Positions 28,479-35,830 of a stretch of DNA of 39,287 nt are shown piece by piece. This stretch comes from a virus. A program made the translations under genes and the position numbers. Below the pieces are notes generated by a model that made no database searches, had not been told where the DNA came from, and saw only the letters and a list, made by a program, of their open reading frames with translations. Numbering within the stretch: the stretch's first letter is position 1; each line of letters opens with the position of its first letter. The stretch covers positions 71,606 through 110,892 of the IMG/VR virus record IMGVR_UViG_3300027667_000003; one strand, written 5' to 3'.

Positions 28479-28564
28479 TTAAAATCTCCTATGAAAGCCG
28501 CCACCATTGTGAAGGCCCCAATTAAAAGTGTGAAACCAGCGACAACTGAAATTAAATTATCCAT
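28472..28564 (-). CDS. Small hydrophobic peptide (30 aa)
   Basis: MDNLISVVAGFTLLIGAFTMVAAFIGDFKC; overlaps both neighbours. Confidence 0.4.
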   Translation of the reverse strand: MDNLISVVAGFTLLIGAFTMVAAFIGDFKC

Positions 28565-28841
28565 TGCTCACGATCGAATTAGGCTTGCCGCCCGTACGAA
28601 CAGATGGTATAGATTGGGTATCATGACTGATGCCCGCTCCTGCACCTCTGTGATGCGCGGGAGGAAGAGTATCTTCATTATGCTGAAGTTCTTTGGCCGG
28701 CATTGCGGATTTAGAAAACTTCGCGTTAATCTTACGAGGAGGCACAGCCATTCCCTGAGAAGGTTGTGCGGCTTGCTCTTCGTGTAAATCGACATGAGCC
28801 GAGTTCTTCAAATTCAAATCCGATCGTTTCATATGCTTCAT
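28557..28841 (-). CDS. Small disordered hypothetical protein
   Basis: Start MKHMKRSD at 28841 with AGGAG RBS; 94 aa. Confidence 0.65.
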   Translation of the reverse strand: MKHMKRSDLNLKNSAHVDLHEEQAAQPSQGMAVPPRKINAKFSKSAMPAKELQHNEDTLPPAHHRGAGAGISHDTQSIPSVRTGGKPNSIVSNG

Positions 28842-29081
28842 AACTTCTCCTAAAATGTATACATCCAGCCGAACGTTTCGAACCGGCTTCCTTACGACTA
28901 GATGCCTCTTGCGAGGTATTATCCAATCAAGAGATGCTATCTCAGGACGTGGATCGAATCTCATCAACTCTTAATCCGGCCGAACCAGGAAGCTTGAGTC
29001 TTTGAGATCATATAAAATTTGCGCCACTTACAAAGCTGTCAAGCGGGCAGGCGCTCGCCGTTACGACGTGATACGTCGATA

Positions 29082-29291
29082 TTAAAAAGGAGGTGGGTTA
29101 CGACTGTTCTCCGGAATATTTGCGGCCGTTCGATCGTCCGTCGGTTTAACTATCCGACTGTCCGTACCGGGAACAGAGGAATTATTTGATATTTGTCCTG
29201 TGTATGTTTCAGTCTGTTGTACGTTAATAGCTGTATTCGGAAACGTCGCGTAACCTCTACAATCTGGAACACTGTATGCGACTGTTGACAA
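29082..29291 (-). CDS. Small hypothetical protein
   Basis: 69 aa; AGGAG RBS, TTG start; repeated D[CSD]R/NSR motifs. Confidence 0.65.
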   Translation of the reverse strand: MSTVAYSVPDCRGYATFPNTAINVQQTETYTGQISNNSSVPGTDSRIVKPTDDRTAANIPENSRNPPPF

Positions 29292-29404
29292 ATGATTCTC
29301 CTGTCAAAATTTTGCGATGGCCTATTGAGAGCCTCACGCAATCGCTATTGCGCCCGGTAGTGACCGGAATAGTCTATCCTACAGATAGACACGTTTGCAA
29401 AGTC

Positions 29405-29698
29405 TTAACGCTCTTTGTAATTGTTGGGGTCGGTGGCTGAATTCGAATCACCCCCGCTGTTGCTGTGGGGCTCGTTATCAGTGAGCGCCGGGGGATGTCC
29501 AGTCTGCTTCGCGATTGCTTTCTTAGCTGCACCCACATCTTCTTGAGCATCCTTCACAGATTCTTTTTCGTATGACGAGGGCTTGCCTAATGCGTCGTTC
29601 TCGTCGTCCGTCTTACCCGCAGGCACTCGTGTGCCCATGGATGGATCAGCGACCTGACCGTAAGCCTTTTTATAATCTTCTGACATATTTTTATTCAT
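29405..29698 (-). CDS. Small acidic disordered protein
   Basis: 97 aa; AAGGA RBS. Confidence 0.65.
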   Translation of the reverse strand: MNKNMSEDYKKAYGQVADPSMGTRVPAGKTDDENDALGKPSSYEKESVKDAQEDVGAAKKAIAKQTGHPPALTDNEPHSNSGGDSNSATDPNNYKER

Positions 29699-29706
29699 AC
29701 AATTCC

Positions 29707-29928
29707 TTAATTGGTTTGACTACCCCAAGTGATGATTGGTTGGTAGGGACTAAAATCCGGAGTCCGAGGTACAATCACCGGTGGGTAGTAAGGATAGATC
29801 GGCGCGGCCGGGGCGGGGGTCGGTACCGTAATTACGGCCGGGCCTCTCAATGCCAACTCCAAAAGCTGCTTTCGAAGATCTTTCACTTCTGCTTCTAACT
29901 CTGCGATTCTCTTTTCTAATCTTTTCAT
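29707..29928 (-). CDS. Small coiled-coil/Pro-rich protein
   Basis: 73 aa; AGGAAGG RBS. Confidence 0.65.
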   Translation of the reverse strand: MKRLEKRIAELEAEVKDLRKQLLELALRGPAVITVPTPAPAAPIYPYYPPVIVPRTPDFSPYQPIITWGSQTN

Positions 29929-29942
29929 GGCCTTCCTAAAAT

Positions 29943-30016
29943 TGGAGCGGGGTGGAGGAATTGAACCTCCGACCTTCCGATTAAAATCCGGTGCTCTTTC
30001 TCTGAGCTAACCCCGC
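29943..30016 (-). tRNA. tRNA-Lys(UUU)-like, atypical anticodon arm
   Basis: Acceptor GCGGGGT/ACCCCGC, encoded CCA, D stem GCTC/GAGC, T arm GGAGG-TTCAATT-CCTCC; anticodon arm CCGG-ATTTTAA-TCGG is one nt short. Confidence 0.8.
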
Positions 30017-30021
30017 GTAGA

Positions 30022-30411
30022 TTACTTAATCTCATTGACTATGTTGCAGGCACAGCGCCAAGACTTTAAATCATTAAGAACTATACAGGAACCTTTCTCA
30101 ATGGGGAACAAAGCCAAAGCCGTTGTTGCGCCCTCAGTCATGTGCGAAAAATGTCGATTAAGGTTATCTCGGTATTCCAAGAAGTCAACGCTGGAATCCG
30201 CGAGTTTCTTTTTTAAATCTTCAAGATCGTTCGAGGTCGGCACTTCAAGTACGATCAGATCTAACTGATCGGCCTTCACATGATGCTGTGCCAACAATAC
30301 CGCAATATGAGCGGCGTGAGCAGCCATACGGCCACAGGACATACAAATGTTATTTCCTTGTGTGTCATAAACAGTTCTAGGAATGATGATGTATATCCGG
30401 GGCGATTGCAT
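30022..30411 (-). CDS. Peptidyl-tRNA hydrolase, Pth2-like
   Basis: IYIII.R...MS.GRMAAHAAH...IVLEV...L..L...RD...T.LAL.P matches the PTH2 pattern (canonical GK.AAQ..H). Confidence 0.72.
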   Translation of the reverse strand: MQSPRIYIIIPRTVYDTQGNNICMSCGRMAAHAAHIAVLLAQHHVKADQLDLIVLEVPTSNDLEDLKKKLADSSVDFLEYRDNLNRHFSHMTEGATTALALFPIEKGSCIVLNDLKSWRCACNIVNEIK

Positions 30412-30432
30412 TATGCCTCTCTTCCAAATCGA

Positions 30433-31122
30433 TTATCGTTCGCTTTGCTTTGCAGTGAAACTTGTTAATGTGGCCGCTATACTATCTGGAGGTACTACTG
30501 CTCCTGTGAACACTAACCCTAAACTCAATTGCACTGAAGGAGCCAAACCAAACTGATTCATGCGGCTTGAAAACATAGCGCCTAAATAAGACATCGTTCC
30601 AATAGTTAAAGTGAAGCTGCTGGATAACTGTCCCAAACCCCCGCCTCGAATAAGACACTTCAAACTCCAGGGCACTTGTGTTTTAGAGCCGGCTAAAGGA
30701 AACTGTGCGCCCGGCAGGACCAAGGGATCAGCCACTACTGAAATGTTTGCAACGCCTGTTCCCACTTGTGAAAAGTAATTCTGATCCAATTCAAAAGTAC
30801 AAGAGGTTCCGGTTGCCAAAGGACTTGTGATTGTACCTCCGGCGTTGATAATACATTTATTGGAAACAAGCCATGCATAACTAGGCATAACCAAAAGCTC
30901 ATTGGGCATTTTATAATAACCCAAATTGCTTTGTCCGTTCGGCAGTGTGCGACCGGTTAGAGGCGCGGATGGTATCTGTTGAAAAGACGAACGAGAAGGA
31001 TAGTTGGGCCAAATAAAATTCTGTTTACCCGTACTCGTAAGATTTATGAGAGAGGGGGTAACAACAGAAGCGTTGTCAAATGACTGCCCTACAATGCTCT
31101 CGTTACCTGGCGGGAAATCCAT
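30433..31122 (-). CDS. Beta-rich putative virion protein (paralog of 25929..26567)
   Basis: 229 aa; GGAG RBS; shared motifs. Confidence 0.6.
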   Translation of the reverse strand: MDFPPGNESIVGQSFDNASVVTPSLINLTSTGKQNFIWPNYPSRSSFQQIPSAPLTGRTLPNGQSNLGYYKMPNELLVMPSYAWLVSNKCIINAGGTITSPLATGTSCTFELDQNYFSQVGTGVANISVVADPLVLPGAQFPLAGSKTQVPWSLKCLIRGGGLGQLSSSFTLTIGTMSYLGAMFSSRMNQFGLAPSVQLSLGLVFTGAVVPPDSIAATLTSFTAKQSER

Positions 31123-31369
31123 AGGACTCCAAAATTAAAAGGGTTCGTCTTATCGGGGGCTGTGATATTATCCCGAACCTTTTTAGCCGTGTAAATCTCA
31201 GGATGCCGCTAGACGGGATAGCACTCTTAGAGTGATCAACAGCCAAACCGGCAATACCCAGTGACCTCGTTTTTAGAGATTACAGACGTAACTGACATCG
31301 CCAACTATGTTGGTGATAAGCCTCTGATCAGGGAGGACAATATCCGAATCGATGTCTTCTCTCGCGAGA

Positions 31370-31462
31370 TTAATAATCTTTCCAAACTTTAACAAGCACT
31401 TCAACAGCGGCCACAGCACACAGGGATCCAAAAGCCGATAAGGCCAGTATTCCCAAAATCAA
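31370..31462 (-). CDS. Small membrane peptide (30 aa)
   Basis: TTG start, MILGILALSAFGSLCAVAAVEVLVKVWKDY. Confidence 0.4.
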   Translation of the reverse strand: MILGILALSAFGSLCAVAAVEVLVKVWKDY

Positions 31463-31463
31463 T

Positions 31464-31673
31464 TCAATCTTCTCTAGAGGGCTCATCTTTCACCAGCTTT
31501 CCGCGGTGATCAACTTCTCGGCCGGCCGAATCTTTTCCTTCACCTACTTCATAGACGGGCGCGGTGGGCTCTACTTCGGGATCCTGAGAACCCCGGCTAC
31601 AAACAGATTCTTCGGGATGACGGATACCACAGAAGCGGCAAATCTTATTTTGTTCCCAGATGTTATTAGACAT
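31464..31673 (-). CDS. Small protein with CxxC-H site and DSAGR motif
   Basis: 69 aa; AGGA RBS. Confidence 0.6.
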   Translation of the reverse strand: MSNNIWEQNKICRFCGIRHPEESVCSRGSQDPEVEPTAPVYEVGEGKDSAGREVDHRGKLVKDEPSRED

Positions 31674-31842
31674 TTTTAAATCCTATTCGTCGATTTAAAT
31701 CTATGTGACCGGTCTTCTCTAAATCCTTACGAGCGGTTTGCTTAATCAACTTGCCGGCTCTATCTAGCTTGCGGCCCGCCGAGTCTTCCGTTCCGAAGTT
31801 GCCCGCGTTGCCTTTTCCCGGTCGCATATAATCTTGACTCAT
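31666..31842 (-). CDS. Small protein with DSAGR motif
   Basis: Start MSQDYMR at 31842 (TAATG overlap, GAGG RBS). Confidence 0.6.
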   Translation of the reverse strand: MSQDYMRPGKGNAGNFGTEDSAGRKLDRAGKLIKQTARKDLEKTGHIDLNRRIGFKNV

Positions 31843-32015
31843 TAAAACCTCTGAGAGCAAATCAATTTACAAATTTTTTCTTTGAGTTCCTCTGTTAAGA
31901 CGGGCTCTTTTGATTTATCAATGCCCGCAATGTAAATATCATCGGCAAAGACGGGATGGGAGTCTTGATACTCGCGAACCCACTTAATTGTGTCTTGCAA
32001 TTTAAAAGTTTTCAT
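31842..32015 (-). CDS. Small hypothetical protein (57 aa, MKTFKLQDTIKW...)
   Basis: ATGA and TAATG overlaps with both neighbours. Confidence 0.55.
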   Translation of the reverse strand: MKTFKLQDTIKWVREYQDSHPVFADDIYIAGIDKSKEPVLTEELKEKICKLICSQRF

Positions 32016-32254
32016 TGAAGGGGTAGAACCGGCACGTCTAGTATCCGACCTTCCTCAACTGCTTCGGTTGTGAAATCGGATAACACTTTCATCATCCTAA
32101 CGGGATCGTCCTTCGTGTTGCGCATCATGCCTACCGCCGGGCTAGGATCAGTTCGGAACACGAAACCGAAGACGGCACATTTGTGCTTCGTCATGTCTCG
32201 AATAAAAGATTCCATCAAATTGATTACTTCTGGACTGAGTTGATTGTCGCTCAT
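32012..32254 (-). CDS. Small hypothetical protein
   Basis: 80 aa; ATGA overlaps. Confidence 0.6.
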   Translation of the reverse strand: MSDNQLSPEVINLMESFIRDMTKHKCAVFGFVFRTDPSPAVGMMRNTKDDPVRMMKVLSDFTTEAVEEGRILDVPVLPLQ

Positions 32255-32376
32255 GAATACTCATCAAACAGTTTGTGACAGCGCATACATTCTTGAACGG
32301 AGGTAGCGCCAGGCGCAGGTTCAAGTTCCGGTCGAGGTTTCAGTTTATGATCATTACTGCTTTTGCAATCTGCCAT
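32251..32376 (-). CDS. Small Cys/His zinc-binding protein (MADCKSSNDH...ECMRCH)
   Basis: GAGGAG RBS before ATG 32376; an alternative longer start at 32475 also has AGGAG. Confidence 0.6.
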   Translation of the reverse strand: MADCKSSNDHKLKPRPELEPAPGATSVQECMRCHKLFDEYS

Positions 32377-32543
32377 ATTCTCCTCTTCGGACGATTCGAA
32401 AACTGGGCCACCGGTGTACTTTGAGAACTGGATCAGAAAACTGATGGTGCGCGACCAGAGGCCTCGGGCGTTCATGAAAAGCTCCTAGTTCACGGAAGCG
32501 TGAACACGCCAACCATGGGTGTACAAAAGAAACGAATATTAAA

Positions 32544-33017
32544 CTATGCGGCTTTCTTCCAACAGACAGAACATACTCTTTGAAAAGGTTTCATAGGCTG
32601 TCCGCATTTACATTGCGGGCCTTCGTGTTTATTCTGTATTTTGGGATTGAGCTTTGATTTAATATCTTCGGCCAAGGCTGCGATTTCTCTGTCTTCCGCA
32701 TTGCCTTTCAATTCATTTGCTCGCCAAGATATAATCCTGATATTGCCGGGCACGTAGCCGATTGAATTATCTATGCGGTCTAGCGACGGTGTGTCGGGAT
32801 ACTTAAAACCTCGGCCCATGCCACCTACTCGATATTGCAATTTTATCCAGGAAAACACCGGACAAAACTCAGGTATCTCTGGAATGTCCTGTAAACTCAA
32901 AGAGCACTCAATACCTTTCGTCTTGGCATTATGTCGGGCTCGATACAAAATGAACCTTGCCGGGAAAGCTTCTCGTCTTTGATGCTGTAACTGCTTACGA
33001 CGGTCATTCACTTCCAT
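32544..33017 (-). CDS. HNH-like (His-Me finger) endonuclease
   Basis: RAR..AK.KG...CPV...PSLDRIDNSIGYVPGNIRIISWRAN.LK; C-terminal CKC...CSVC. Confidence 0.85.
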   Translation of the reverse strand: MEVNDRRKQLQHQRREAFPARFILYRARHNAKTKGIECSLSLQDIPEIPEFCPVFSWIKLQYRVGGMGRGFKYPDTPSLDRIDNSIGYVPGNIRIISWRANELKGNAEDREIAALAEDIKSKLNPKIQNKHEGPQCKCGQPMKPFQRVCSVCWKKAA

Positions 33018-33021
33018 GTTA

Positions 33022-33070
33022 GTCCCTCCTCGAAAGAGACAGCCGCGGGGAGTTCGAGGCTCCCCCGGCT
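33022..33070 (-). promoter_or_regulatory. Kissing-loop RBS-sequestering RNA element (copy 4)
   Basis: GGGGAG-CCTCGAA-CTCCCC ... GTCTCT-TTCGAGG-AGGGAC. Confidence 0.75.
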
Positions 33071-33895
33071 TAGGATTGTAGCTACAAACTTTTTAAAAAT
33101 AAGGCCGGGAGTGGGTCTGAACCTGTAACCCTTTTAGAATCAGTAAAATACTAAAAAATTAGCCACCGGCCTATTGAGTTGCCTTCGTAATCGTCTCTGG
33201 CCCTCGACCCGCCTGGGGGCGACTGCACCCAGTGAAAACCCAAAATCTTTTTCTGAAAAATTCTTCTAACCTCAACAAACTAAACAATATAAAGACTTAC
33301 TGTCTCCCGTCAATTGGCCTTGTTCCGCTCGCTTAAAATCGTTCAATCTCTTTGCTTGTTATTCGCTCTACTGGTTTTGTTGCACTTGCTTGCGTGCTAA
33401 ATCCTTTATCATCTGTAGCGAAATCACTAGAGAATTGATTCCTGTTTGTTTGGGTTATCTCGGGCCGATATCGTTTGAGCTTAAAGCCTTTAGAATCAAT
33501 AGATTGTGTAAATTGTGCGGAAATTATCGAGTCATCTCGTTTGTTTTCAACACTGTACGATCATCTAAAAAATTCTCACGGCTACTTGCTCACTTGATTA
33601 AGGAATGATTAGACCAATAACTCGTTTGTTTAGAGAATGATACAAGAAATTTCGCTTGTGTTATTTCGGCCTCTGGCTCGGTAAGGTCTATCTGTCCGGT
33701 GGCTAAAGGATGTTTGAGTACGGGCATGATTATTGTAAACCCTTTATAATCAATATGCTACTCCCAGCAAGTGCTAATCAACGCGCTATTGATTTTCCTT
33801 CGGGTCTTGAATCCGGCCAATCTGCGCGACTCGCGGCCTCGCTGTGCTACCTAATAACACTAGCATATCATGGTGACACCTTTCAGAGTTAATCT

Positions 33896-33921
33896 GGTGA
33901 CACTTTCCCAGTGGTGTCACC
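33896..33921. promoter_or_regulatory. Operator-like palindrome GGTGACAC-N10-GTGTCACC (copy 1)
   Basis: Perfect 8-bp inverted repeat with 10-bp spacer; extra half-site at 33872. Confidence 0.65.
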
Positions 33922-34108
33922 TCGGCCTCGGATACGCGAGAAACACTTGCGCAAGCTTATTAAGATCGATTTGACTATATCAAAAATGATGTGCTAGTAC
34001 TGTTATATACATTACGCGTAACGGGACGCGAGAGTTTTTTAGATAAATATCTTATATTCTTTGGCTTAGCTAACCTACCTAAGCTTATCCTCGTGTATCT
34101 GAGGCCGT

Positions 34109-34134
34109 GGTGACACCGCTCGTATTGTGTCACC
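34109..34134. promoter_or_regulatory. Operator-like palindrome GGTGACAC-N10-GTGTCACC (copy 2)
   Basis: Same arms and spacer length as copy 1; just upstream of TTGACA (34150). Confidence 0.65.
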
Positions 34135-34194
34135 AATTTAAAAACGGCCTTGACACCTTACATACTAATATGATACATATACTTAGGAGGCTTT

Positions 34195-34656
34195 ATGTCC
34201 TTAAAGGAAAAGATGGCTCGCGATTTGGAATCGCAAGGCTTTATTGTGATTAGAGCTTGGCAGCTAAGCTCGCCTGATATAATCGCATTCCGCGCCCAGC
34301 ACGCGGCGCAGATCACAGCCATTAGCATTGTGACTGGCGATGAGCCCCGCACAGGTCAAAAGGCCGTTTTAGAATCTCTTCGAATACAGGGTATAAATGT
34401 TACATTTGATTATCCCGAAGAGGCCGCAGCTTCTACGCGCATTCACCGGACGCATGCCGAGCTTATCGAATTTCAAGAGGATTTAAAACAAATGGGACGC
34501 TTGGCTTATTGGTCTAACGCTGCCCGTGAGGCTTTTCCTCAAGACTTTAAGAAGGGCACTAACTCATGGTATCATCAAAAGAACGCTTGGCAAGAGGGCT
34601 GGGACGATGCTCACAAGTTTAAACCTATCTCATCCGCGCCAGTCAGCGAAGATTAG
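34195..34656 (+). CDS. Hypothetical protein: degenerate PD-(D/E)xK/VRR-NUC-like N-terminus plus Rmf-like C-terminal motif
   Basis: AGGAGG RBS; L...GF.V.R...SPDIIA...Q...L..L...G; G..AY...AW.EGW..A. Confidence 0.6.
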   Translation: MSLKEKMARDLESQGFIVIRAWQLSSPDIIAFRAQHAAQITAISIVTGDEPRTGQKAVLESLRIQGINVTFDYPEEAAASTRIHRTHAELIEFQEDLKQMGRLAYWSNAAREAFPQDFKKGTNSWYHQKNAWQEGWDDAHKFKPISSAPVSED

Positions 34657-34679
34657 TACTAAGGAAAAATAGGCCTTTC

Positions 34680-34723
34680 GTACCATTGCCTTTGCACATG
34701 CCTTTCTTTATCATTCAATCATG
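34680..34723 (+). promoter_or_regulatory. Sigma70-type early promoter, probably leaderless
   Basis: GTACCA-TTGCCT-17-TATCAT-6-ATG. Confidence 0.6.
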
Positions 34724-34942
34724 GAGCTTAACCCCATGAACGAACCAATTCAAATAGGCCCACAATTCGATTATGATTTACAGGTTTGGTTTGATGAGGA
34801 CGGAACAATCCAGCCTTGCTCACATCCCCTCAAGATGTCTAAACTCTCAAAGCCTTGCTGTGCGGCCTCTTTGCACGCGTACGGCGGCCTACAGATCGAA
34901 AATGCGAGACATCTTAAAGCAACCGGCCAATATCTCAAATAG
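34721..34942 (+). CDS. Small hypothetical protein
   Basis: 73 aa; FDYDLQVW...C.HP...CC.A...H motif. Confidence 0.65.
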   Translation: MELNPMNEPIQIGPQFDYDLQVWFDEDGTIQPCSHPLKMSKLSKPCCAASLHAYGGLQIENARHLKATGQYLK

Positions 34943-34949
34943 GAGCTTT

Positions 34950-35150
34950 ATGACAATCACATTTAAAGACGAACAGACACGCGAATACTTCGAAAGCCAG
35001 CTATGGGCTCGTCTTATGAATCGTCCGCGTGTAACGCTCGAATCCGCGAGGGCCGCTATTCTGCGCAATCGGAAAGCCTACACTAAAGACGGACTGAAAG
35101 AGGCCATCCGTACGATTCGACAAGCTCAGGCCGCTATCCGTAACGATTAA
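34950..35150 (+). CDS. Small basic hypothetical protein
   Basis: AGGAG RBS before ATG 34950 (MTITFKDEQ). Confidence 0.6.
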   Translation: MTITFKDEQTREYFESQLWARLMNRPRVTLESARAAILRNRKAYTKDGLKEAIRTIRQAQAAIRND

Positions 35151-35154
35151 GCGC

Positions 35155-35811
35155 ATGTTAGACGATTCGCCCGATACATCCTATCTGGGTGAATACGGAA
35201 ACGAGGCCGAGTCTGATTATGCAATTGATCGGAGACACGATACGGATTGCGCAGTTAATAGGCCTATCAACAAAAAAGCCCTACAAACTCTCTTCAACGC
35301 ACGCGGTACAGTAGCGGATATTCAATTTCGTGTGAATTCCGAAAGCGATAATCAAGAATGGGAAGCACTAGAAGAGGCTTATACTCTTTTGGACGGGTTA
35401 GCCGAAGGCCTACAAGATTGTGATTGCGGAGGCCGCGGAATTGACTCTCACTCATATGAGTACTTCAATCCCAATCAAGAGAATTACGCGGGTTTAGAGG
35501 AGGATGAAATAAAGAAGTATTGCCTCCAGGATTATGAACGTATGGAAAGCCTCGACGCGGGCTACTGGCATTTTGTAGGCATACGTGCGGAGGCCCGAAT
35601 TGCTGTAGGTGAAGGTTCAGCTAAACCAGTTAGCACGCAAACAATCACATCCGGAGGCCTTTGGGGTTTAGAGTCTGATATGAGCAAGTCCGACTTTGAA
35701 GAAACCGAGGCCGAGGAGTTATCTCAATTAAAGAGCCAGCTAAAAGCATTGGGCTTTTCGACTCGCGCCATTAGCGCAGCATTCAAAAACGTAGAACACA
35801 AGGAGGCTTAA
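35155..35811 (+). CDS. Acidic hypothetical early protein
   Basis: 218 aa, Asp/Glu-rich; PDTSYLGEY and SGGLWG.ESD motifs. Confidence 0.75.
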   Translation: MLDDSPDTSYLGEYGNEAESDYAIDRRHDTDCAVNRPINKKALQTLFNARGTVADIQFRVNSESDNQEWEALEEAYTLLDGLAEGLQDCDCGGRGIDSHSYEYFNPNQENYAGLEEDEIKKYCLQDYERMESLDAGYWHFVGIRAEARIAVGEGSAKPVSTQTITSGGLWGLESDMSKSDFEETEAEELSQLKSQLKALGFSTRAISAAFKNVEHKEA

Positions 35812-35830
35812 GGCCGCATAGGCACAGAAT

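Larger units (their letters stand above)
33071..34190. other. Divergent non-coding control region (candidate genome terminus/packaging site/origin)
   Basis: ~1.1 kb with no credible ORF, at the strand switch; IHF-consensus AATCAATAGATTG at 33494-33506; repeated palindromes. Confidence 0.55.

Noticed and set aside
29975-29995. Reading the tRNA anticodon as UUA (ochre suppressor), or genome-wide stop-codon recoding
   Set aside because: The best stem centres UUU. Genes are intact in the standard code and mostly end in TAA. UAA read-through at the phosphatase site would hit TGA next.
31318-31340. CUGAUCAGA in a hairpin, hammerhead-like
   Set aside because: Not CUGANGA, and no GAAA core in the right position
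115-33000. Numerous plus-strand ORFs (60-140 aa) in the ORF track
   Set aside because: Antisense shadows of well-supported minus-strand genes; no RBS or motifs
33390-33892. ORFs 33390..33608 and 33710..33892
   Set aside because: No RBS; lie in a repeat-rich control region
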